Shown piece after piece: positions 22,370 to 32,000 of a DNA stretch of 32,000 nt. Under the pieces are notes generated by a model. That model was not told the DNA's origin. It saw only the letters and a program-made list of their open reading frames with translations, and made no database searches. The DNA lies in NCBI RefSeq assembly GCF_000400465.1, contig NW_008806299.1, positions 1 through 32,000 of the forward strand. Reading direction: 5' to 3'. Source of the stretch: Wallemia ichthyophaga EXF-994 (taxonomy: Eukaryota; Fungi; Basidiomycota). The stretch's first letter is position 1. Every line of letters begins with the position of its first letter. A program made the translations under genes and the position numbers.

Positions 22370-22838
22370 GCTGAATTTCGACTTTATTTATTTCCCGACT
22401 TTTTAGGTGATGGTGGCGACGTAAATCTTGGACGAAGATCGTTGGAGTGATCGTCGGCGATACGTAAGAAGTAAATTTTGTGATCAATGCGTGTATAGTT
22501 TACAATATAGATAGAAATACAGCGAATTGTAATCACGTGTTCTTTCATCCGACCGTACTGCGTATGTGTGCTGTCAAGCCAAAGTCGAAAAGACCCTCAC
22601 GAGGCTTTTCATAGGTGAGAGGATGTTAAGACTTCCTCAGTGACGTCTAGCTTGTGGCATTTGGCGTATAATGTTTTTTCTTGGGTGCTCAAGTTCCTGA
22701 GCTCCTATGCCTGGTAGAATTACCTTCAATCTACATAAGCAATACTATGCACATTTATTACACCCAGAGTATACAAAAAGAAATACTACAATAAAACCCG
22801 CAAACAAAATATAATTAGTTATTGAAATTTCTTGGAAA

Positions 22839-25800
22839 CTAACCAATGAGACCACCACGTTCGAATCTCTTTCCTTCTTTATACTGGAATTTAGATACGT
22901 CTTCCTCTTTACTAAGCGCGTTGACAATCTCGATAAGCGTTGCAAAATGCAGTGGCTTGAGGAAAAATCCATTGAAACCCTGTTCTTTCAAAGTCGGCAG
23001 GTCATTTTGAGTGATTGAGGCAGAGAAGGCAAAAACCGGTAATGGCCCATTCTGGCTCTTAGTCCTGAAAGACCTGCCTTCCTTCTCCATGCTGCGAATT
23101 TTGCCCACACATTCTTTGCCGTCACAAACTGGCATCATTAAGTCCAACAGCATCACGTCAAATCCGGTATTCTCTCCACTCAGCTGGTCGAGCGCTTCTT
23201 GGCCGTTATCAGTAAGTACGACGTTCATTTCTTTTAGTCTTCTTGCTATTATTCTATTATTGATAGGATCATCGTCGCAAGCCAGTAGACGAGTTTGGGT
23301 GGGGCCCTCCTTAATAGTGAGGTTGTCCTTTATTTCCTTCGCTAAGTCTTGAGGCTCACCATGCTCGCTCGGTTCTGGTGCATAATCTATCACTTTGGCT
23401 CCTTCCGCTTTCGACTCACTCATGGCACTCTCTGAGTCATTGGTCTGATTTATCTGAGACATCGACGGCTTATGCCTGGCTTTTAAACTCTTACGTTGTG
23501 CAGACGGTTTGCTTGATGCGTCGCTCAAAGACTGTGTGTTAGAGTTGGTGAGATCCTCAATATCGCTCTGGCTCGCCAAGCTGAGCGGGATAGTGACGTG
23601 CCATTTCGTATATTCACCTAAAAGCTGTTAAACGAATTGTTTGGAGATACCAACACTTACCTCTCCGAGATGAACAAGTCATCTTCGCTTGTAACAGAGA
23701 AACAGCTTTGGCGACCTGCACCAAGCCCCTTCCAAAAGAGTTGCCCTCGGAGCTGTCATGTGTCGATACTGACTCAGTTTGCTCACTACCTGTCCCACTA
23801 GTATTCTCAAGCTTTTCAAATCCATGAAACATCTCCTTTAAGCGTCTTTGCGAAATACCGGTACCAGTGTCATGAACTGTAAGCATTATAGCTGAGGTGT
23901 TGTTTTGATCAGTCTCATGCTCAGATATGGACGTCAACTTGATATACACTTTGCCTTTTTCGTGATTATATTTGATGGCATTTTCGAGAAGATTTTTGAC
24001 TATTAGACGGATCTGAGGGGAGTGAGTTAGTGTTAATGAAAAACAACAAAACACAAACCTTTCTATTATCAGAAACTATGAATGGATTTTCTATTTGACT
24101 TGTTTCTATTTCGATCGATATATTCCGGCTGATCATTTCCTGTTTGAACATCTCAACACAATCGAGGACATTGCTAACGATATTCATAGCGCTCTTGACT
24201 GGCGCATTCTCTTCCGATTGAGTGGTGAGCGATATGAGATCATTGACTGCATAGAGCATGCTCTGAGCACTAGATTTAGTCTTTTTGAGATTCTTGCGCG
24301 TTTCTTTATCAAACACACCCTCCTTCTTCTCCAACGCCATATCCAAATAGCTGCAAAAATGATGCAGAGGTGTACGCAGCTCATGCTCAAAGTCTTTGTC
24401 TACATTGGTCATTAACAGATCAGACAGCTTAGATCTTGTACTCTGACGATTACGTCCAAGCACCTTTGAGTAGACGGCTGAGAGGACAGATGCACTTTCA
24501 AGCTCTTCCGGCCGCCATTCTCTTGCAGTACTGGTGACAGATTCTGTCCACTTTTTGAAGCTAGCTCTGGGTTGAAGGGGTGTACTACCCACAGTCTTTT
24601 CACTCGGATTACCAGCCCATGAAATATTTTCCAATTGACCACTGCGTATGAACGCAATGAAGTGATCACCAGGCGCTTCCTTAGAATTGTCATTGAGTGG
24701 GACATATAGCAATCCCGATAAGTTCTGTTCGTTGTTTATCTCTATATTAGGATATTCCCGCTTCAGTCTTGTTGTGTATCGAATATCTTTCCACTTCTTC
24801 TGCTTGAGGTACTTTCCAATTTGCTTAATGTCATCGTAATACTCATCATTACCAATGATTTTCATCTTGCCATTGTAGCAGATAATTAAATTCTCACTAT
24901 CGAAGAGGCGAAGTAGATCAATGTCTTTATTTGACGAGATACTTCCACTCATTGTGTCATTTGGATTCATCAGAATGCTTCGTCCCATGAGACGTTTTCT
25001 ATATATTGCATTATCCATATTTCTAGATATCATATCAGAAAACATCTGTGAAGCTTTGTTAGGTTGTTTGAGTCGGGCAATGAACTAAACTCACCTTCAG
25101 TAGTTGCATTTGAGGGAATGAAACTCTCATCTCCTTCTCGAAAGAGTGACACGATACCAAACCAAAGAGATTGCTACTATTAGGACGCTGCGTGACAACA
25201 CTGATTGACAGGGATGACCTGACATTCATATTTTTTAAATAGCGAATATGTATTGGCGACATAGCTCTAAGAGCACAGCCGCTCATATTTAGTGGATATT
25301 TCAAGTCATTTTTGTTTCTGACAACCACCTGACTAATCTTTGCATCTCGATCAAAAAGTTGCCTAACTTTGCTGTGTTTATAAAGCTCTCTAGCTTGAGC
25401 GGGAATATCAGAGGCAGGGAAATGTAGCCCATGAAAAATTTCATTGCAGCGCTGCCAGTTCATGAGTTCACTCTCAACCTTTCCATTGGCTTCGCTGTCA
25501 AACTTATACAACAGCACTCTGTCAAAATTGGTAATATCCTTTGTAAGACCTACGATGACATCGTAGAGGTCTTCAATCGACTTCTCTGCTGCTTCAGCAA
25601 GTTGGGAATCAATCTCTTGACAAAGACTCAAAACATCTAGTGAGCTAATTCCATCTGGATTGTTGATGTGTCTTCTTATTTTTGCGCTCAAATGTTCGCG
25701 ATCCATCTCCTCTTCTCGTATGGCACGTTTAGAGTCGTCTAGCGTTTCCAATTGCCTTCTCTCCTTTTCAAGCTTCTCCAAGAACAACTTGTTAGTCCTT

Positions 25801-27425
25801 TGTGATCTTTGCAGTATCCTGAGTGGCTTAGATTTACTGATAGTAGACCGGCGAATTTCAAGCAGAGTAGCATAGCTGTCCTGTCCCAAACTCCAATAAG
25901 GCTCGTCGTAGTAGTCTGGATTTTGCTCATCTGCGTTATTTGTTTTGACGTCAGTGACTTCCTGCATGTTATTAGGTTTAACAGTGTCATTTGTGCTGTT
26001 CGTGTTTGACTGAATCGTATGATCAACAGAGCCGTTATTCCTGATAGTGTCTTCAGCAGAATTGCTGCTTTGCTTGAACAAGTTAATGGGATATAACGGG
26101 TGGATATCCTTGTCAAAAATTCTAGGTATCTCAGCGTTACTCATTTTTGCCTTAGCGGCTGGATCATAAATCGGTTCAAATTCGAGAATAATTCGACGAC
26201 CACCTTGATCTTGACTGTTATGATGAACGGGTTCTTCACCTAGTTCATTTTCCATATCGTTAACAGCTGCGGTAGTGGTAGCTTTCTGCGCTGCACACCA
26301 ACACCACCATTCTCGGCTACCCTCGATGCCTTCCTTCCCTACACCTGACAAGGAGAACGTGTGTATCGCTTCTCTATCTCTCTTGTCTCCGTCCAATTCG
26401 ATTAGCTCGATAATAACATCATGCAGCTTAGACGCGCTTTCGGCACTGAGAATATCGGTCAAACAGTTAAGCTTGAAGAGATTGCGCACTGAAGTACCAA
26501 GATGTACATTGACGTTCTCTGACGCTTGCATGACGCGCAACTCATCATCATACAATTCAACCACAAGCAAGCATCCAAAGCTTTGTATGGCACCAGGTGT
26601 TGCAATGGGTTCATCTTCACATGTGTGGATCTGATTATCACCGACTTGGATATAGAATCCGTCTTGGGCTTCCTTGAGTGAGAATGCTGGGAATTTCGGT
26701 AAAGCGGTGTCAGATGATGTATTATTGGTTGTCTCTTCTCTTGATGGTTTACTAAAAATATCTACTGTGCTATACTGATCATCAGCGGAATCTTCCTTAT
26801 CCTTCTGACGATTATATTGTATGTGTGATTCCATAGCTTCAGCGGCGGTACTGGTGCGATATTTAAAAAATTCATTGGACTGACTAGCATCTTGGACTGC
26901 CTCATCCTTTTCTTTGCCTCTTTTGGCATCTTCACCTGACATACTCAAACCGCTACTGACAGCATCGTTTTCGCGCTGGGTTTCCTCATCCAAAGTTGGG
27001 CCATCTTCACCAGAATCAGCGTTGGTGGTGGAGATGGAATCGACTGATCTGTCATCAGCGGAAGATGGTGTCCTTTCGTCTGTACGTAGTTAGTCATCAT
27101 TTTTGCGCCGATAGCACCACAAACCTGGTAAGGGGAGATTTGGATCATCGGTGGCTACATGCTGCTCCAATCTCTGTGGAGCGGTATTGGATTGAGGCTG
27201 CTGGCTCGAATACACCTCATCTCTAGGATTTGTAGGCCGTCTGCTGTAGACGAACTCTCCAGATGAAGAGGGCGAATATGCTGGTCGCTGGGCTTTGTCA
27301 GTGTGTTTATGGGAGCCTTCTGATGCTAAATCCTGGGCTTCGTTGCCTTCTTGGGCTTGTTGATCCTTAGCCACTTCCTGCTGCGACGATCGCCTAGACT
27401 TCTGTGGGAAGCTGAATTCAGTCAT
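22839..27425 (-). CDS. Fungal phytochrome 2, tandem paralog, about 1467 aa, 5 exons
   Basis: Motifs: TCEDEPIATPGAIQSFG (Cys codon 26619-26621), FPASDIPAQARELY, LRAMSPIHIRYL, SCH, WAGNP, PRASFKKW, EHELRTPL, ENAIKY, DTGTGI, DDDPIN/LDLMMP/KP receiver. Introns at 27080-27124, 25046-25094, 24013-24058 and 23618-23660 give a 4404-nt frame. Confidence 0.95.
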
Positions 27426-27835
27426 ACTAAATTTATTAAACTGTTTTCAAGGTTTCTTGTGGGTGTTTTGTGTGATTTCGTGTTGTGTTTTCGTTATGAA
27501 TTTCAAGCTGGCCGTAAGTGAAAAGACAGTGATCAGCGCTTTGAGAGTGGGGCACGCAAAAGATAAGATTCGGTTCAAATGCACTATTTATAGGTACAAC
27601 ACAGTCTGTAAATGCTTGAAGCTTGAGAAATTAATTTAATTCGGATGATTTTCTGATTTTCGAGCGATCAGCGAGCGGGTTAATAAGCTTAACGTGAAGT
27701 GAAGTTTTCTGGACAAACGGTTTCGCAGAGGCTTTGGTATACATAATATCCTTTATGTTCTCTGCTTTACTCCTCTTGGGGTTTTGACTTGCTGACTTGC
27801 CTTTGACTTATCATTTTTACTGTTTAGCTACCACA

Positions 27836-28457
27836 ATGGCCAAGCAGTTATTCCACAAGTTTGATATCACCAGCCAGTCGTTCTACAGATCCAGTCTATC
27901 AGCTGCGTTTGTAAATCTCAAGCCTATTGTGCCAGGTCGTGAGTCAGGAGATAGCGCTCATTCATTAGCTCACGTTGAAGCAGATGTGCTTGTGATTCCG
28001 CAGCGCAAGGTGGAGAGATTCACTGAGCTCTCCCCGGATGAAGTATCTGACTTGTTTTTGTCCGTCCAGCGCGTCGGTAAGGTGTGTCTGCGTGTCAGCG
28101 AATGCATGTTCTAATCGGCGCGTATCGCAGGTCGTAGAAAGCGTGTGGCGATCGAATGCTCTCACTGTATCAGTACAAGACGGCGTAGATGCTGGCCAGA
28201 CCGTCCCGCACATCCACGTTCACGTTCTACCCAGAAAACCAAACGACTTTCCGTCCAGCGACCAGATTTACGAAGAGCTGCAAAAGCAGAACATACAGGG
28301 TAACTACGAGGAGCTGATAAGAAACGCTAAAATCAAAATGGACTCGGATCGCCAGCCAAGAACGTTAGCGGAGGTAGGTAACGGTGCAATAAGCGCAAAT
28401 TCAGCTGATATCGTGTAGATGGAGAAAGAAGCTGATATGCTATCCAAGTATTTCTAA
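27836..28457 (+). CDS. HNT2: Fhit-branch HIT hydrolase (diadenosine tri-/tetraphosphatase), about 160 aa, 4 exons
   Basis: Motifs VNLKPIVPG|[26 protein letters not shown] (HIT triad), PRTLAE|MEKEA. Introns at 27939-27983, 28082-28130 and 28374-28418. Confidence 0.93.
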
Positions 28458-28611
28458 CAAATATACCAAAATCGTTTGTTGCCAGCATATGAGGAATGCA
28501 GCCACTTTGTAAATAAATTTATTGATTTGTGATTCTCTACCGCCTACTTTGCCGCTCAAATTGTTTCTGTCATCCTCGTTCAACTCTATATCCCAAACAC
28601 CCACGAACGAC

Positions 28612-29667
28612 ATGGTACAATTCATCATACGTGCGTCCAACGACCTCAAGATCCCAATAGACGTAGATGCCGAGAAGACGGTGCTGGAGCTGAAGCACCA
28701 CGTGCAGACGCTCAACGCCGAGTATCCGGCTGAACGCCTTCGACTCATCTACTCGGGCAAAGTGCTTAAGGACGAGGAGCAGTTGAGCAAGTACAGCATC
28801 GCAGAAGGCAACACGGTGCACATGGTGAAGGGCGCGCCAAAATCTACGCCCTCATCGTCATCAGCCCAGCCAGCCACCGCGGCGCCAACTCCTGAACAGA
28901 ACGGTATTCCATCCACGCTGTCCACCGGGGCTGGAGCCCACGACAGTCTAATCGAGCAGCTGGGATCGTCCAGAGTGGCGGGAGCACTCAACAGCCAAGG
29001 CATTGATGTAACCAACCCCAATATGTTGCAGGATCTTATGAGCAGTCCCGAGTTCTCCAACCAAATGTCGAGAATGATGAGCGATCCTTCCATGCTCGAT
29101 CAGGTGTTGAATTCCCCTCAATTCGCTAGTCTCCCAGCTGACAGACGTGAGCACATGCGTCAGACTATGCAATCACCTTTGTGGGTGCTGCTTTGCTTCT
29201 AGGTGGTGCGACAGTTTTAACTCTCATGCAGCTTCAGATCTATGATGTCGAATCCTGAGACGATACGCGCAATGATGCAGGCGCAGAGGGCATTTGGCGG
29301 TGGAGATGGCGCCGGCGGACAAGGCTTTCCACCACCAGGATCATTGGGACAGCAGCCAAACGCACAAGGTGAACAGCAGCAACAGCAGCAACAGGATCCA
29401 ATGGCTGGTATACAGAATCTCCAGAATTTACTCGGCGGCGCAGGCGGATTAGGTGGTTTGGGTGGTCTTGGAGGTATGGGTGGTTTCGGAGGTTTCGGCC
29501 AGCCATCTCAGAACACAGACCAAAGACCGCCAGAGGAGAGATACGAGACACAGCTTTCACAATTGACAGGTATGGGATTCACAGACGCAAACAAGAATAT
29601 CAGAGCTCTGATGGCGACTGGTGGAGACATCAATGCGGCAGTTGAATACCTTTTTACTAATTTGTAA
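28612..29667 (+). CDS. DSK2: Ubiquilin/Dsk2 proteasome shuttle factor (UBL-STI1-UBA), about 334 aa, 2 exons
   Basis: UBL ([13 protein letters not shown]...GNTVHMVK), STI1-like M/N/P repeats, and UBA ([18 protein letters not shown]...[19 protein letters not shown]). Intron 29181-29231. Confidence 0.95.
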
Positions 29668-29905
29668 AATTTTAGGCGTTTCTGTTTGAAATTACGTTAT
29701 ATTTGTTGTGAAGCATAAATCTTGCGAATGATCATCTTTAAATTCGTGATAAGGTTTTTTTACATACGCTTCAGGTTTCATCATAGGTAAGCAGTGGAGA
29801 TAGTGGAGCTTTGACATAATTCGTGACTTGACCAACAACCACAACTAAAATCTGGTTTCAAGAAGTGAGCGCGCCCTGTTACAAGCCGAGCTAATTTTGT
29901 AGCAG

Positions 29906-30151
29906 ATGGGTGACAGCCCAATGTCGATCGAAGCGGGACCAAGACGGATGCTTTTCGATTTTATGCTCGAGAACGACAAAGTGCACATTACAGCGACTCA
30001 GCTTGTCTACGTTCTTTCTGCTATAGACTACAACTACGTTTTAGTAAAAGTCGTCGATAGCATGGGTCGTGACCATACGACTGTCGTCGGCGATGAAATC
30101 AAGGTGCCGACCAGTTATATTGATTTCAACAATGACATCGACAGCACGTGA
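29906..30151 (+). CDS. Small degenerate SH3-like protein, 81 aa (possible upstream intron 29865-29902/29905)
   Basis: LFDF...VYVL...NYVLV...KVPTSYI fits the SH3 pattern loosely and aligns with the next gene. Confidence 0.5.
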   Translation: MGDSPMSIEAGPRRMLFDFMLENDKVHITATQLVYVLSAIDYNYVLVKVVDSMGRDHTTVVGDEIKVPTSYIDFNNDIDST

Positions 30152-30481
30152 CGCACAGATATCACGCACATAGCCTTCTTTGCACAACAAACGTCACATG
30201 ATGACGCAAAACTAAACAAGGGCGTATTTTCTTTTTGTAATTGGTTTTTATTTGGCTGCTTTGGTTCTCGGTAATTTTTAAGGCTTGACAGGATGTTTCA
30301 GACTTTCACGCGTCGTATAAATGACCAACGAGAAACGGGGCCACTACTGAAGCTCCAGCGTATTTAGCCAGTGTGGTGTGTTCACTGTGCTGGCTACATT
30401 CCACATATTCCATGACGTCTTGACGCCTTTAATGAATGCATCGATTGCGTTGGAAATTTAAAGCCTTTTGTTCCTCTTCAC

Positions 30482-30901
30482 ATGCAAAACAAATCGAACT
30501 TGGTTTGTGGGCAATTGGTTTATGTGAAATTCATCCTACTAACCATCGTACACGCAGGCATAAGAGATTACGCTTATAGCGTATCAGATAAGCGGCATCA
30601 GGGCTTGATCGACCAATTCCCCCTCGTGAAGCCAGTTTTGAATACTTTTACACCGGATCACAGCAGTAATAGCCACGAGCTAGAAGTGAAAAGTGGAGAG
30701 TTTGTTTGGTTACTAGGCGAATTTGATGTCAATTGGACGATCGTCAGAAAAGTGATCGCCATCGATCCATCGGGGACACTGGTACTCGATAAGAAGCAAG
30801 GGATCGTACCGAGCCGTTATATTGATCTTCATTGGTCATGCACACAATTTTCTCCAGTCGACGAGGTCACAATACCAGATTTTAACCGTCATACCTCATA
30901 A
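30482..30901 (+). CDS. Small SH3-domain protein, up to 139 aa (an in-frame intron near 30507-30557 is possible)
   Basis: VLNTFTP...HELEVKSGEFVWLL...NWTIV...QGIVPSRYI is a clear SH3 signature. Confidence 0.75.
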   Translation: MQNKSNLVCGQLVYVKFILLTIVHAGIRDYAYSVSDKRHQGLIDQFPLVKPVLNTFTPDHSSNSHELEVKSGEFVWLLGEFDVNWTIVRKVIAIDPSGTLVLDKKQGIVPSRYIDLHWSCTQFSPVDEVTIPDFNRHTS

Positions 30902-31047
30902 CACCTATATACAAATGAGCATGAATGAATGAAATTTCTAAATTAGTCGTACAAGTTGGAAATCCATGGGCTTGTTGCTTTCCTAGCAAGATAAGAGCAT
31001 TGAGAATGCATGGATTGATAGTGATGAGGAGCACCTTAATTCCGATG

Positions 31048-31439
31048 CTAATAGTCCAGCATCGGTATGCCCTCGAAAGTCTTATCTTTAGCACTTTCAG
31101 CGTCCTTGCTAGAGGTGGGCGTCTTGAAGAGTTTGCAAATGCGGCTGATGGGCTTCTTGGTTCCAAATTTTGAGGCTATCGAAGCTAATGCTATCGAGGT
31201 CGTCCTGTTGAGTTTCTCTTGCATAACCGACAGCGTTGTAGCTTGCCTTTGTACGGGCGAGAAGTCTATCTCTTCATAGCCAGTGAGATACATGGATTCG
31301 CGGTAATGTGCTGATGATAATGAGATTCTGTGATCTTAAGAGTTTCACCGTGCTTACAACCAGTTGGGAGGCTCCCCGCCTCGAGGTCCTAATGTGTTTA
31401 AGCGGTGCTAATTTACAATAAGCAGCTACCCACGAGCAT
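31048..31439 (-). CDS. Small orphan protein, about 99 aa, 3 exons (6 + 31 + 263 nt)
   Basis: caacaATG context as in other genes here. Introns 31389-31433 (GTGGGT...TAG) and 31311-31357 (GTAAGC...CAG) join in frame to the 31048-31293 ORF: MLDLEAGSLPTGSHYRESMYLTGYEEIDF... No recognisable domain. Confidence 0.55.
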
Positions 31440-32000
31440 TGTTGAAGCAATTAAAGGCTGAGACTGCGCAAGTGACAATGCTACGGCTCTTGATCTCGTT
31501 CGACCCTGAAGACCCTTCAAGAAAGCGTTGTAGCTGCGGTGAAGCCAGTGAATCGCTACAGAGACAGCCAGCCGATATGTTATTGGATTGAATCATCTTG
31601 CATGTCTGAGGTTGGGTACTGTGGAGTCGACGCTGTTGCCTCAAAAAATGCTCCTAGTAATGGGAAAGAGGTTGATATATTAGAAAAAAAATCACTATAT
31701 AGTACATCCCATTCTTTCTATTTTAATTTTTCTTAGTTTGAGTTACTAATGGGTGACGTTTTGATCTACAAAACCACGGATTTGGATACATCTTAAGCAT
31801 CTCGTAAACGTTCAGAATGACTGAAAATGAAATATATTTACAATTATCGAGTCGGCCATCGGTAGAACTCTCACCGCTTTTCATTTTCAATCCTTTGCTC
31901 AGTAATACAATTGCCACCGTCCCCTCGATACAAATTAGGGCGAGTAAGTCGTAATATTTTACCTCTTTCAGCACAATGACACGTGATCCAGTCCTCTACC

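Noticed and set aside
27755-27835. Possible 47-nt 5' UTR intron (27781-27827) with triple TGACTT and an overlapping uORF before HNT2
   Set aside because: The donor (GTTTTG) is weak and there is no independent support.
29385-29500. CAG/CAA run and GGT/GGA repeats
   Set aside because: They encode the ordinary polyQ and GGL/GGM/GGF linker of Dsk2/ubiquilin.
31723-32000. 83-aa minus-strand ORF and a possible spliced 3' end (VEDWITCHCAER...ENEKR) at the window edge
   Set aside because: Truncated by the window edge, with competing frames and no recognisable motif.
1-32000. CRISPR arrays, tRNA/rRNA genes, transposases or LTRs
   Set aside because: No regularly spaced repeats, cloverleaf structures or transposase/RT motifs were seen. 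This is eukaryotic gene-dense sequence, though a covariance-model scan could still find small ncRNAs.

Overview
Gene-dense, intron-rich fungal genomic DNA. Introns are mostly 43-59 nt, and several intergenic gaps are only 74-212 bp. This is most consistent with a compact basidiomycete genome such as Wallemia (inference, not verified). I rebuilt 17 gene models by hand, and each spliced model gives a length divisible by three. In order: velvet-domain regulator, MATA-type HMG-box factor, two tandem ATF/CREB-like bZIP paralogs, GH27 alpha-galactosidase, Gal4-like Zn(II)2Cys6 factor, mitochondrion-targeted LEA-like protein, secreted prepro-protein with a Gly-rich tail, a 150-aa hypothetical protein, a THEM6-like hotdog thioesterase, two head-to-tail fungal phytochromes (PAS-GAF-PHY-HK-REC), Fhit/Hnt2, Dsk2, two small SH3-like genes and a 99-aa spliced orphan. 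The most interesting signals are three. (1) A tandem phytochrome pair: both copies keep the bilin-binding Cys, but one has a rewritten, length-conserved signalling helix and a degenerate kinase ATP-binding region. (2) A perfect Gal4-type CGG-N11-CCG site upstream of the alpha-galactosidase, next to a Zn cluster factor with an exactly Gal4-length linker. (3) Three tandem paralog pairs, together with several known fungal light/osmotic-stress components, within 32 kb. No rRNA, tRNA, CRISPR array or mobile element was recognised.
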